From Eubacteriales bacterium (lineage in GTDB: Bacteria > Bacillota > Clostridia > Oscillospirales > SIG627): a DNA stretch of 64,000 nucleotides. The position numbers were made by a program, and so were the translations under genes. A model generated the notes under the pieces. That model was not told the DNA's origin and did not search any database. It worked only from the letters and a program-made list of their open reading frames with translations. Shown here piece after piece: positions 9,364 to 19,631 of this stretch (its first letter is position 1; every line of letters starts with the position of its first letter). The stretch spans positions 83,889-147,888 of the forward strand of contig JAZSON010000012.1 in assembly GCA_045536965.1 (NCBI GenBank). Direction: 5' to 3'.

Positions 9364-10074
9364 TCAAAGGAAAAAGCGCTTATGTACCTCCTCCTGCCAT
9401 CTGCGGCTTCGATTCAAAAACAAACAAAAAGCCGCCGTCAAAACGCATGCCGCAAAGGGAATCCAGCTCCAGATGGGAACACAGACTGCACCGCTAAACC
9501 CAAGAATCAGCATCTCAACACCCACCGTGTAAACGGCAATCAAAATAAGTGCGTAAGCAATCATACGGAGAAGTGGCTTGAAATACGAAAAGCGGGAGAG
9601 GAAAACAAGCAGGGAAACCGCACCGCCCGCGGCAATGGTAAGCGGTAAGCCCAGGATCAAAAACCATCGCCAATCACCGGGAGTAAAAAACACCGTAACC
9701 ATCAACAAAAACACCGCGACCGCAACCGTATCCACGCAAATATACGCAAGCGGACATTTTTTTGCAACAAGCGGGGGGAACAAGAAAAAGAGAAAAATGA
9801 GCGCCATACCGCCGATGGCAAATATGCTCCACTGCGATCCGTTATACACCAAAATGTTCAGAAGAAGGCAGATCGCAGCGGGAACGAGCAATATAAAGGA
9901 AATGACCGCCGCAAAAAAACGCTTGCCGTCACCGCCGATCCGCTCCATCTCGGTGGAATAGCGGGATTTTTGTTCGCTGGGCGGCTCCTTGGGATTGAAC
10001 ATTTCGACGTTGCAGAGAGGACAAACCGTTTCGGGCGGCGTCAGCTTGACACCGCAATTTACACAATATGCCAT
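9364..10074 (-). CDS. zinc-ribbon membrane protein (polytopic)
   Basis: N-terminal CxxC...CxxC (CVNCGVKLTPPETVCPLC) followed by about 6 hydrophobic helices. It lies 4 nt downstream of the acyltransferase gene. From memory this resembles the DUF6320-type family; not verified. Confidence 0.7.
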   Translation of the reverse strand: MAYCVNCGVKLTPPETVCPLCNVEMFNPKEPPSEQKSRYSTEMERIGGDGKRFFAAVISFILLVPAAICLLLNILVYNGSQWSIFAIGGMALIFLFFLFPPLVAKKCPLAYICVDTVAVAVFLLMVTVFFTPGDWRWFLILGLPLTIAAGGAVSLLVFLSRFSYFKPLLRMIAYALILIAVYTVGVEMLILGFSGAVCVPIWSWIPFAACVLTAAFCLFLNRSRRWQEEVHKRFFL

Positions 10075-10078
10075 CGTT

Positions 10079-11368
10079 TCACCGCGCTTTCTTCAGTTGA
10101 TTGCTTTCCACCGTCACGGGAACGCCAAGCTCCACGAGCGAGGTGAAAAAGTTTCTTTCCGTTTCGCTTTCCTTTAAGGTACGGGTAAAATGGATACGAA
10201 GCTCATCGCCGTGGGTCAGACAGGAGGCGACCACGGGATTTTTTTGGAGCGGTCCAAGCACGAAATCCATATGCACCACCGCCTCCGCCATGGGTGAGGG
10301 CAGGTTGGCAAAGCCGAGATTCGAAAGGCACGAGCTGGTCTGCTTGTCCCCAACGAAATAATACGCGGCTTTCATCAAAATGTTTTTGAGGGCAAGAGGA
10401 CAAATGCGAAGCAGCAAATTATGCTCCATCGCGACGTTGGAGGCGATTTTTGCCCGCAATTTATTTTTGTCCACCTCCAGCAGCATAAACCCGTGCACCG
10501 CACGGCAGATCTCCTCAAGAGAATACTCTCCGTATTTTGCCTGAATGCCGGGGTTGACGTAGGAGGCAAAATTGCGCTTGGTTTTGATGGGAAAGATCTT
10601 CCGCAAATTGACCGGAACGCAGATCTTGACCGGACGAAACCGCTTTTGCGGACGAAGGCGCGCCTGCTGTTTTTGAATGGATTGAATCAGCAGGGCGGTC
10701 AAAAACTCCGTGACCGTTACTCCATATTCTTTTGAAAGGGTTAAAACGCGACTTGCCGACACCGTTCCTGTTGTAATATGCACAAAACCGCTTTCTTCGG
10801 CAGTACCGCGGATATGATATGCATATCTTTCCACCGACGAACGGGTGGGACCGTTATGGAAATCGGCAAAACCGTCGGCAAATTCTTCGGCACGCGGCTC
10901 GTCGTCGCAATTTAATATTTCTTCATCTCGCGGAATGACAAGTCCTTCCCGCAAAGTTAAATATTCCGCAACCAATGTCTTAAAGAAGCAAAGACCACCG
11001 CCGCCATCGGTCAGCGAATGGAAAATTTCCACAGCAATATGCTTGTCAAAATAGCGCACACGGAACAAAAATCGTTTGTTGTCCGAAAATTTCATCCGCA
11101 CACACGGATTGGCCACATCGCTTTGAAGATCGGGAACACCGTCCATGTGCTCAAAATAAAACCAAAACAGCCCTCGGCGAATACGCAACGCCATCCAAGG
11201 AAAACGACGCACGGTTCGCTCCACCGCCTCCTTTAAACAGACGGGGTCTACCTCGCGGTGAAAATCGGCTGTAAAGCGAAACAAAGCCGTCCACCCGCGT
11301 TTTTTTGCGGCCGGATAAATTTTAGCGGCATTATCTAATTTTAACCAAGAAAACTTTTTATTTTCCAT
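10079..11368 (-). CDS. HxxxD-type acyltransferase (condensation / alcohol-acetyltransferase-like fold)
   Basis: 429 aa from the ATG at 11368 (GGAGG, 6 nt). Carries the catalytic-type motif HSLTDGGGG (HxxxDG). The N-terminus, FSWLKLDNAAKIYPA, is typical of this family. Confidence 0.65.
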   Translation of the reverse strand: MENKKFSWLKLDNAAKIYPAAKKRGWTALFRFTADFHREVDPVCLKEAVERTVRRFPWMALRIRRGLFWFYFEHMDGVPDLQSDVANPCVRMKFSDNKRFLFRVRYFDKHIAVEIFHSLTDGGGGLCFFKTLVAEYLTLREGLVIPRDEEILNCDDEPRAEEFADGFADFHNGPTRSSVERYAYHIRGTAEESGFVHITTGTVSASRVLTLSKEYGVTVTEFLTALLIQSIQKQQARLRPQKRFRPVKICVPVNLRKIFPIKTKRNFASYVNPGIQAKYGEYSLEEICRAVHGFMLLEVDKNKLRAKIASNVAMEHNLLLRICPLALKNILMKAAYYFVGDKQTSSCLSNLGFANLPSPMAEAVVHMDFVLGPLQKNPVVASCLTHGDELRIHFTRTLKESETERNFFTSLVELGVPVTVESNQLKKAR

Positions 11369-11496
11369 CTCCAACCTCCGCCCCATATTGTAACACAACT
11401 TTCCATCCATTGCAAGTACCCATCCCCTCGCCCCACTTGACAGAAAAACAAAAAAGTTATACCATACATATAGATTTTTGAAAAAGGAGTCATATT

Positions 11497-12222
11497 ATGC
11501 GACTGGATAACAGAAACAATGACGCTCTCCGTCAAATCGAGATCACCTGCAACTTCACCGAAACAAACGGAGGCTCGGTGTTAATTCGTTGCGGCAAAAC
11601 CCGTGTCCTTTGCACCGCGCTGCTCGAACAATCCACCATGCCGTTTTTGGCAGGAACCGGCCGCGGCTGGTTGACCGCCGAATACGCCATGTTGCCTTCT
11701 TCCACAGGTCAACGTAAAAAAAGAGAAACCTCCCATCCCGACGGACGTTCTACCGAGATCAAACGTCTCATCGGCCGCAGTCTCCGCCACGCCATTGACG
11801 ACACCTTGCTTGGTGAGCGTACAATTTGGATCGACTGTGATGTTTTGCAGGCAGACGGCGGCACCCGCACCGCCTCCATTACAGGCAGTTATATAGCGCT
11901 GGTTTTGGGTGTCCGCAAATGGATGGCAGAAGGTCTTTTGACCGAAAACCCCTTGGTACACCAGGTAGCCGCCGTTTCGGTCGGCATCGTTGACAATCAG
12001 CCCCTGCTTGACCTTTGCTACCGCGAAGACTCCGCGGCGCAGGTAGATATGAACATCGTCATGGACGAACAAGGCTCTTTCATTGAATTGCAAGGAACAG
12101 GCGAAGGCAGAGCTTTCACCGAAAAAGAACTTCAATCTCTCATCCATCTTGGGAAAACGGGCGTAAATGCTTTAATGGAACTCCAAAACAAAGCACTCAA
12201 AGAGGCAGAAGCCTCCCTCTGA
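11497..12222 (+). CDS. rph: ribonuclease PH
   Basis: 241 aa. Conserved blocks: R.DNR...LR...IT, GSVLIRCGKTRVLC, STEIKRLIGRSLR, DCDVLQADGGTRTASITG. Confidence 0.92.
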   Translation: MRLDNRNNDALRQIEITCNFTETNGGSVLIRCGKTRVLCTALLEQSTMPFLAGTGRGWLTAEYAMLPSSTGQRKKRETSHPDGRSTEIKRLIGRSLRHAIDDTLLGERTIWIDCDVLQADGGTRTASITGSYIALVLGVRKWMAEGLLTENPLVHQVAAVSVGIVDNQPLLDLCYREDSAAQVDMNIVMDEQGSFIELQGTGEGRAFTEKELQSLIHLGKTGVNALMELQNKALKEAEASL

Positions 12223-12272
12223 TACAACCATGTAACAAACCGCAAAAATATGCTTAAAACGAGGTGATACGG

Positions 12273-13712
12273 ATGAAGATTGTTTTAGCTGCCCAAAACG
12301 GCTCATGGGGACACACCAATCTCGCCATCCGCTGTTTGCGCCCTCGGTTAGAACAGACAGGATTTACTGTCATACTGAAAGAATACACCCTGCGCGACAG
12401 AATGACACATATTTTAGAGGATTTGGTCGGTGAACAAGCCGACATCTATGGATTTTCCTGCTATATTTGGAACATAGAGTCCATCCTCTCTCTCTCCAAC
12501 TCTCTTCACAAGATCCTGCCACACGCGAAAATCGTGTTAGGCGGCCCCGAGGTTTCCTTTGATACCGCGCGATTCGAAACACTCGATCACATCGACGCCA
12601 TTATTTGCGGCGAAGGGGAAGAAGCATTTAAAGACCTTTGCTTAAAAATCCAAAGCGGCAAAGGCTTCCCCCGCATCATCCATGCCAACGAAGCCAAAGA
12701 AATGCCGCGCGATGGCATTTTATACCGTGCGGGTGAAAAAACGGGCGATATTTTATATTACGAATCCTCCCGAGGCTGCCCCTACCGTTGCGCGTATTGC
12801 CTATCATCCGCAAACGGTCATTTGAAATTCAAAACGGTAGATGAAACCCTCTCCGATCTTTTGGAATTTGAAAAGTGCGCCATCGACTGCAAAGTCATTA
12901 AGTTTGTCGACAGAACCTTCAACGCCGACATTCACCGTGCCAACCAAATTTGGGAAGGACTTTTATCCGACACCTTTACAAAACGCTATCATTTTGAAAT
13001 ATGCGCCTCTCTGTTAAATGAAGAAAGTTTTGCCATTCTTTCCCGTTTTCCGAAAGGCAAAATCCAACTGGAGATCGGACTCCAAAGCACCCATCTGCCC
13101 ACACTGGCCGCCGCAGCGCGGCACATTTCCCCCGATGCTGTTATAAACGCCGTAAAAAGAATTTTTGATTTCGGAAACATCCACGTTCATCTCGACCTAA
13201 TTGCAGGACTCCCATACGAAAGTTATGAGCGTTTTTCCCAATCTTTTGATGATGCCTACGGTTGTTGCCATATGTTGCAACTCGGCTTTTTGAAATTGTT
13301 GCACGGCACTCCCATGCGTGAAATGGCAGATGAATACGGATATAAGTTTCTTTCTGCCCCTCCGTACACCGTTTTGGAAAACCCTTGGATTTCCTATGCG
13401 CAATTACAAAAACTTTCTCATATTGCCGAACTGCTCGAGCGATATTTTGAAAGCGGCCGCTTTATACACACCCTTTGGTACCTCACCCCCGTTATGGACT
13501 CCCCTTTCCGTTTTTGGGAAGGTCTGTGGAATGAGATTCACGCTTTGGATAAAAGACATTTACAACAAATATCCCAGCTTGATGCTTTCCGCTATCTTCT
13601 CCATTATGCACTTAAATACTATCCCGTCAATGAGGCTTCCCTCAAAGAAGCGCTCTGCGCCGACTTCATGCAAGGAGAAAATAAAAATCCCCCCGCATTT
13701 TTACGACAATAA
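12273..13712 (+). CDS. B12-binding-domain radical SAM protein (function unknown)
   Basis: CxxxCxxC motif (CPYRCAYC) preceded by an N-terminal Rossmann-like domain. GAGGTG RBS before the ATG at 12273. Confidence 0.8.
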   Translation: MKIVLAAQNGSWGHTNLAIRCLRPRLEQTGFTVILKEYTLRDRMTHILEDLVGEQADIYGFSCYIWNIESILSLSNSLHKILPHAKIVLGGPEVSFDTARFETLDHIDAIICGEGEEAFKDLCLKIQSGKGFPRIIHANEAKEMPRDGILYRAGEKTGDILYYESSRGCPYRCAYCLSSANGHLKFKTVDETLSDLLEFEKCAIDCKVIKFVDRTFNADIHRANQIWEGLLSDTFTKRYHFEICASLLNEESFAILSRFPKGKIQLEIGLQSTHLPTLAAAARHISPDAVINAVKRIFDFGNIHVHLDLIAGLPYESYERFSQSFDDAYGCCHMLQLGFLKLLHGTPMREMADEYGYKFLSAPPYTVLENPWISYAQLQKLSHIAELLERYFESGRFIHTLWYLTPVMDSPFRFWEGLWNEIHALDKRHLQQISQLDAFRYLLHYALKYYPVNEASLKEALCADFMQGENKNPPAFLRQ

Positions 13713-13740
13713 AATAAATTTTTGCAACACCAAAACATCA

Positions 13741-13774
13741 AAAAGCTGTGCGGAAATTTCCGCACAGCTTTTTT
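13741..13774. terminator. bidirectional intrinsic terminator
   Basis: Palindrome AAAAGCTGTGCGGAAATTTCCGCACAGCTTTT between convergent genes. Confidence 0.8.
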
Positions 13775-13834
13775 CTTGTCTTTTAGGGTTTGCCACTAAT
13801 TGGTTGTTTTGAATTAGGTTTGTGTTCTGTCAAA

Positions 13835-14947
13835 TTAACCAACGATACCCGAACGCTCGATACCTTGGATGAGGTAACGCTGTGCAAACGAGTAGATCAG
13901 AATGAGCGGCAGAATGATCAACAAACCACAGGTGTTGGTGACAGCCGACTTATAGAGGTTATATGCCGAGAAGGACTGGTCAATACCCAGAGATTTGGGC
14001 ACACTGATAATGTTCGGCAAAAGCCATGTAACATTCTCATTGAAGAACAAATTGGTGTAGAAAGTATCCGTCCACTGCCATGCAAAGGCAAAGAGGAAAA
14101 TCGTCACCATCATCGGTACCGAGAGGGGCAGAATGATGCGGATATAGGTCTTGAACACGCCCGAACCGTCAACATATGCAGCTTCTTCCAATTCATCGGG
14201 TACGCCCTTGAAGAACTGACGCATCATAAAAATGTACAAACCGTTCTTAAAGGCAATGCCACCGAAGGAAAGGATGGCAAGCGGCCAATAGGTATCCAAC
14301 AGGTTGACAAAACCGTCCTGCATCAACTGCGGCAAACCGCTCAAAGCTTCGCTGGTAACAATACCATATTCATTGGCGACCGAGTTCTGTGCGATAGAAC
14401 TGGAGATACCCAAAACATTCATGATGTCGAAGTATCTGAACTTCATAAACATGGACAACTGCAAGGTATCATGCGGTACGATCATGGTAAAAACAACGCA
14501 GAGGAACAAAATCGAGTTGCCGCGGAATTTGAATTTAGCAAAACCGTAACCAACGAACGCACAAACCATCATCTGAATGACGGCACAAAACGTCGAAAGG
14601 GTTAAAGTGTTGATAAAAGCTTCAAAATAGCGGTTTTCATCGATGATTGCACTGTACTGTTCCAGTGTGGGGTACTTGGAGATCAATTTGACCGTAACGT
14701 CGGTAAAGTCCTGAGAACTCATGAACGAACCAGCGATTTTGGTGATAAAGGGATACAAAATAATGTAAGATACACCGATCAAAAAGACCAAGCGGAAGAT
14801 AATAAGAACAACATGCGTAAAGAAATTGAAAGAAAGGAGGCGCATTTTCAAGCGTTGCGCATTGGACAAACGGTCTTGAAAATCAATTTTCTGCATTTTT
14901 CCCTTCAGGGTCTTTTCCTGATCGGACATACTGTCATTGCGATTCAT
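13835..14947 (-). CDS. carbohydrate ABC transporter permease (MalG-like) with enlarged N-terminal/periplasmic region
   Basis: 370 aa and polytopic. It forms a permease pair with 14964..15944. Longer than the usual 280-aa type. Confidence 0.8.
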   Translation of the reverse strand: MNRNDSMSDQEKTLKGKMQKIDFQDRLSNAQRLKMRLLSFNFFTHVVLIIFRLVFLIGVSYIILYPFITKIAGSFMSSQDFTDVTVKLISKYPTLEQYSAIIDENRYFEAFINTLTLSTFCAVIQMMVCAFVGYGFAKFKFRGNSILFLCVVFTMIVPHDTLQLSMFMKFRYFDIMNVLGISSSIAQNSVANEYGIVTSEALSGLPQLMQDGFVNLLDTYWPLAILSFGGIAFKNGLYIFMMRQFFKGVPDELEEAAYVDGSGVFKTYIRIILPLSVPMMVTIFLFAFAWQWTDTFYTNLFFNENVTWLLPNIISVPKSLGIDQSFSAYNLYKSAVTNTCGLLIILPLILIYSFAQRYLIQGIERSGIVG

Positions 14948-14963
14948 ACTGTCTCCTCCCTCC

Positions 14964-15944
14964 TCAATCTTTTCTCTGGTAGAATACGTATGCGGATATC
15001 AGAGCGGAAACGGCCGCAATAATCAGGATGACAATGAGGAAGTACATCCACGACATAGCGGTGGCGATTTCACGAGAATGGTTCTTGGTATCCTCGTAAA
15101 CCGTACCGATAAACGTCATAACTTGGTTGCTCTGCGAGGTAAAGGAGTCGATAACCGTATAAATGGTGTTAACCAGAATCATCGGGCTGATCATCGGGAA
15201 AGTAATCTTCCAGAAGGTTTCCCATGCCGTTGCACCTTCCACGGTACAAGACTCGTAAATCGCAGGAGAGATAGACTGCAAACCCGCAAGGAATATCAGC
15301 ATCTGTACACCGGAACGGTTAACAATGTTGTAAATGTTGTTAACAATCTCAACAACGTATTCAACAAGTTCCGTACCTACCGCCATATTGGCAAACAGTG
15401 ATTGCACGTCGACAACCGAAATAATTTCAGCCGCCGAACTGGATGCCCCGGTATCAATGGTGGATTCCATGGATTCCATCATAGCGTTGGATACGTCGAT
15501 CTGCTCGATGATACCGGTGGAAAGAATAACCGGAATGAAGAAGATTGCACGGAAAACCGCACGACCAACCATCTTCTGGTTCAATACTACCGCCATGAAC
15601 AAAGAGAAGATAACGATTGCAGGAATGTCAATGACCAACTGCTTGATACCCGAGGTAAGGGTTTGAACGAAATCGGGGTTAACAAACAGCGCTTCGCTGT
15701 AGTTATCAAATCCGACAAAGTCCAGATCGAAACCACCCGAGTTTCTCGTTACGATGTAACTGAAACTATACTGGATAGATTCAACAACGATCGGAACATA
15801 GACAAGGAGGAAAACGATCAAAAAGGGAGCAACGAAGACATAGCCCGCTCTCGCCTTGCGGCGATCGAGCGACTTCGGCTTGCTTTTTTTGGTTTTTGAG
15901 ACCGCAACGGTTTTGGAAACTGTGTTTTTTACTTCAGCATTCAT
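14964..15944 (-). CDS. sugar ABC transporter permease (MalF-like)
   Basis: 326 aa from the ATG at 15944 (GAGGTG RBS). Basic N-terminus, then 6 TM helices. Confidence 0.85.
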   Translation of the reverse strand: MNAEVKNTVSKTVAVSKTKKSKPKSLDRRKARAGYVFVAPFLIVFLLVYVPIVVESIQYSFSYIVTRNSGGFDLDFVGFDNYSEALFVNPDFVQTLTSGIKQLVIDIPAIVIFSLFMAVVLNQKMVGRAVFRAIFFIPVILSTGIIEQIDVSNAMMESMESTIDTGASSSAAEIISVVDVQSLFANMAVGTELVEYVVEIVNNIYNIVNRSGVQMLIFLAGLQSISPAIYESCTVEGATAWETFWKITFPMISPMILVNTIYTVIDSFTSQSNQVMTFIGTVYEDTKNHSREIATAMSWMYFLIVILIIAAVSALISAYVFYQRKD

Positions 15945-15968
15945 TTCGTTTAGCACCTCGCAATCTCA

Positions 15969-18900
15969 TTAAGATTTTACAGCGAAATCGTAAGCGGCAA
16001 CCTTGATGCCATCTACTTCGACTTCGGAATCTGTATAGTTGATAATGAAGACAACATCATTATCGTAAGTCACGCGCACCAACTTAGACTGACCGTCAAC
16101 AAATTCATGCTTTACAATGGTTGCTGTTTTTACAAGCTTGAGCGCACTGTTCAAATGCTTGTAAACACCCTCAACCGTATTCAGCTTGCTGGCGTCGCCT
16201 TCTTCGGTCAAACCATCGGTTACACGTCCCATCCAGGTGTTGTAGTCCACCGAGTAATAGGAACTGAACTGTGAGTTTTTGAGTTCTGCCGTATTCTCAT
16301 AAGAAAGCACAAAGTAAATATCCGCGCCGTTCTCAATGGTTTTCAGCAGATTGTAACGATAATCACCCGCAAGGTTGATTGCTTCACCTGCAAAATTGAT
16401 ATACCCATGAAGCACCATGCCTATGAAAGGAATCGACTCGTTAGTTTTTGTGTTGTTGCTGCTGTCAAGCGAGAGATCCAAAATGTGATTGGCATATCCG
16501 AGTGTGTAGGAGTTGCCTTTTTCCACCATAACACTGAGTCCGTTTTCTTTCACAGTCTTCAAGAAACGAACAACAGCTTCTTTGGAATCTTCGCGGTTCA
16601 AGGGAGCATCTTCATTGTGATCCGAGTTGAGGATTGCACCGATGGTACCGACGCTGATGGAGGTAAGATTCATTTCCTTATAGTCTTCAACAATGTTCAG
16701 GAAATATCCTTCTATAACATTGGAGGAAATGAGGATTGGTCCACGGTTGTGATAGGTCTGTGCTGCGGGATCATATGTTTTCAGAAGAGCCGTTCTTCCG
16801 TCAATCGACTGAGCGGCATCATCAGAAGAGAAACCATCAAAGGATCCTTGTTCGAGCACATAGGAGAAGTTCATGTCGGGATATACTTCGATGCCATTGC
16901 TTGCAGCGTACTGTTGCAATGCAGCAAGTCCATCTTCACCGCCCACCTCGGATTCTACATCCAATTTTGCGGGAACCGTACTGACCATACCGCCGTTCAT
17001 CCAGCCTTTATAACGAAGCACCATATTGGAAATGCCGAGTTTCTTAAACTCTTGCAACATGGTTTGCGCCTGTTCAAAGGTGGTCAAAGAGGTCTTGACA
17101 TCAACAGGAACACCAAACACACGTTTGGAAATGTCCATTGCACCGAAAGTCTCGATGTAAAGAACAGCATCTTGGCTCTCGCTGGTCAATTTCTTCAAAA
17201 CACCGGTTGCAATCAGATATTCGCGATAAGCGACAGCCATGCCAACGTAGTTTGCTTGATCACCGCTGAGCATTTTATACACAAAGGTGAAGTTGCCTTT
17301 GTATGCGCGTTTGGTAGAAGCGGTTTCGGTAGAAGCCGATCCCGAAACGGACATACCCGACAAAGGATAGGTATCTGTCTGGGCGGGGAATACCTGCGCA
17401 TAAGCCGTGCAGTATGTATGGCTCTTACCGGCCGAAGTTGACCACAACTTGGAAAGGGCCTCGCCCTCGGTGATCACAGCGATAAAGGCAGCAGAACTGT
17501 TGTTGGTCTGAGATTGCTCTTCAACCTTGGTAATGCCAATGAATTCTTCGGGCACACCCCAAGCAAAATCGGTGTTTTGAAGCGGCTTATCGGCCTCTTC
17601 CTCGCCGTTTGCTGCAGAGACTTCCTCTTTATCGGCATTTTCTTCCTCGGGTTTTGCAATCTTCACAGGAAGAGTTTCAACCCAATAACGAGAAGAAATA
17701 CCGAAAGAATATGCTTTTCCGGCAGTTGCGTCATAGATCATGAATACATTGTCGCTGACCTTTACGCCATCAACCGATTTGAAGGTGGCTGTTTTGTCGG
17801 CTTCGGTGTCAAATGTTTCATCGATAGAGGCGACAAATGCAAACGCGGCATTGAATACCAAAATGCGTTTGCCGAGACCATCGTGAACAAAGTAGTATCC
17901 ACCGGAAGCAGCCACACCCTTTACAGAACCGATTGTATCGGTTACGTCGGCAAGTGTATTGTCAAAGGACTTGGAAAGGCTGCCGACATACTTGAAAGAC
18001 TTGTCAAAAACAACAATTTCCTCTTCGTCGTTCAAGAAAAGATTCGTGGCTGTTTCATAGAAAGCTGTGGGATTTTTCAGATATTTGATCTGGGTCTGGG
18101 TTTGTACAGTGGAATCGGTGCTTTCATCATCCGATGTTGCATTGTCGGCATTATCACCTTCGGCCGTTTCACTACCCGCACCGGAAACAACGGTTTTCAC
18201 TTCATAACTGTGAAGATCAGCAACCGCCACATAGCTGACAGCGCCGGATTGTTCGTTGGTCACGGCTTTGAGAAGCAAAATGCGTCCGTCGCCGCAGTTT
18301 ACTGCATAATCAAAATCAAGCGAGGGATGATCACACTTGACCACCTCGGTCAAAGCGGTATCGAATTTGTAGTAAACATTCTCATTGGTGGTTGTTTGCG
18401 CAACACCAAATACGGGGAATCTCCAATCGTACTGGATCTTAGTATCGATTTTGTAAAACACATTGTCAATACCAAAGAGAGAGGAGGAAATTTTGTTGCC
18501 GTTGATCGAAGTGGCTTCGAAACGGACAAGCGTACCCGAACCGTCGGGAATTAAGGTGTATCCATCCTGAGAATTGTTGATCTCGTAAATGCCTTCGGAA
18601 GTATAGCTCTCGAATGCACTTGTGCCGCCGCCGCAACCCATATAGGGAAGAACGGTGATGTTGTCCAAGAAGTAAACCTCGGTGTCATAGCGAATAGCAT
18701 TCGCGGGAAGACGTACACGCAAACCGCCTTCTTCTACATAATATTCCAAAGAAATTTTGAAAACAGGGGGAGATTCATCCACCGACTCTTCAAATTTGGT
18801 CTCCTCATGGTCACGGAGCATATCATCCAAAGAGTAGTCGGTATACATGCGCAGATAGGTTTCGATTTGAGTCAAATCGTTATCAACGGCATCGCCCGCC

Positions 18901-19604
18901 AAAACATACAAAGATGCTTCGGTGTTTCCCGTCAAAAAGGGGAAATCCTGTTGCCAGTTCGCCCACTGCACTTGGCTGGTCGACTTCTCATAAGAATACT
19001 CGGTATAGAAACTGGTAATCTTATTGAGCGCTTTTTTCATTTCGCGATCGTCGGTATCTTGGAATTTACTGAGAATCAGCTCTTCAAAACGCGACTTTTC
19101 GATCCAACGGGGAACGATTTTACGCTTTGAAGTTTGGCCGATGGTATACTCGACGCGAATACCGCCACGAATCGCTTTGACAGAAATCTGACCAAGCAAC
19201 GCCGCATGGGTATAACTGTTCATGACTGTCTGTTCAGCAGTCGTGATTTTTGTATATGTGACCTTCAACTGAGAAAGAAGGTCTTCTTTTTGAGATTTGG
19301 TTGCCGTGGAAAATGCCACATCGTAGGGGTTTGTAAACAGCACATCCCCCGTCTTGCAATCTTTTAACGCAACTTCACCCGAGAAAGAATCGCCGTACAA
19401 ACGGTAAGACTCTGTCTCATAGAAAAGCGTCATGGTTGCAAGCTTTTCTTCGGCACTTCCATATTTCTGGACCATATAATCAATGGTGGCTTCTTCTTCC
19501 TCTCCAACCTCTTCGGCAAAAGCAGAAAAGAGGGAGGTGGGAAGGAGCAAACTGAATACCATTGAAACAGCCAGCAGGCAAGCCAACAGCTTTTTACATT
19601 TCAT
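15969..19604 (-). CDS. large secreted protein of unknown function, possibly glycan-processing
   Basis: 1211 aa from the ATG at 19604 (GGAGAG RBS), with a signal peptide ...SAFA/EE. The central region has low-complexity acidic linkers. The C-terminal 450 aa alternate strand and helix like a TIM-barrel hydrolase. From memory it resembles DUF5696 proteins that sit in such ABC loci; not verified. Confidence 0.6.
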   Translation of the reverse strand: MKCKKLLACLLAVSMVFSLLLPTSLFSAFAEEVGEEEEATIDYMVQKYGSAEEKLATMTLFYETESYRLYGDSFSGEVALKDCKTGDVLFTNPYDVAFSTATKSQKEDLLSQLKVTYTKITTAEQTVMNSYTHAALLGQISVKAIRGGIRVEYTIGQTSKRKIVPRWIEKSRFEELILSKFQDTDDREMKKALNKITSFYTEYSYEKSTSQVQWANWQQDFPFLTGNTEASLYVLAGDAVDNDLTQIETYLRMYTDYSLDDMLRDHEETKFEESVDESPPVFKISLEYYVEEGGLRVRLPANAIRYDTEVYFLDNITVLPYMGCGGGTSAFESYTSEGIYEINNSQDGYTLIPDGSGTLVRFEATSINGNKISSSLFGIDNVFYKIDTKIQYDWRFPVFGVAQTTTNENVYYKFDTALTEVVKCDHPSLDFDYAVNCGDGRILLLKAVTNEQSGAVSYVAVADLHSYEVKTVVSGAGSETAEGDNADNATSDDESTDSTVQTQTQIKYLKNPTAFYETATNLFLNDEEEIVVFDKSFKYVGSLSKSFDNTLADVTDTIGSVKGVAASGGYYFVHDGLGKRILVFNAAFAFVASIDETFDTEADKTATFKSVDGVKVSDNVFMIYDATAGKAYSFGISSRYWVETLPVKIAKPEEENADKEEVSAANGEEEADKPLQNTDFAWGVPEEFIGITKVEEQSQTNNSSAAFIAVITEGEALSKLWSTSAGKSHTYCTAYAQVFPAQTDTYPLSGMSVSGSASTETASTKRAYKGNFTFVYKMLSGDQANYVGMAVAYREYLIATGVLKKLTSESQDAVLYIETFGAMDISKRVFGVPVDVKTSLTTFEQAQTMLQEFKKLGISNMVLRYKGWMNGGMVSTVPAKLDVESEVGGEDGLAALQQYAASNGIEVYPDMNFSYVLEQGSFDGFSSDDAAQSIDGRTALLKTYDPAAQTYHNRGPILISSNVIEGYFLNIVEDYKEMNLTSISVGTIGAILNSDHNEDAPLNREDSKEAVVRFLKTVKENGLSVMVEKGNSYTLGYANHILDLSLDSSNNTKTNESIPFIGMVLHGYINFAGEAINLAGDYRYNLLKTIENGADIYFVLSYENTAELKNSQFSSYYSVDYNTWMGRVTDGLTEEGDASKLNTVEGVYKHLNSALKLVKTATIVKHEFVDGQSKLVRVTYDNDVVFIINYTDSEVEVDGIKVAAYDFAVKS

Positions 19605-19631
19605 TTGCATACTCTCCAATTCCATTTAGCG

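Noticed and set aside
16407-18554. Two plus-strand ORFs of about 345 aa (16407-17441 and 17514-18554) inside the 1211-aa secreted-protein gene
   Set aside because: They are antisense shadows with no RBS and no recognisable motifs. The minus-strand frame is continuous for 3.6 kb and has a signal peptide and an RBS. The same reasoning applies to 13790-14605, 20517-21599, 24880-25752 and 25867-27228.
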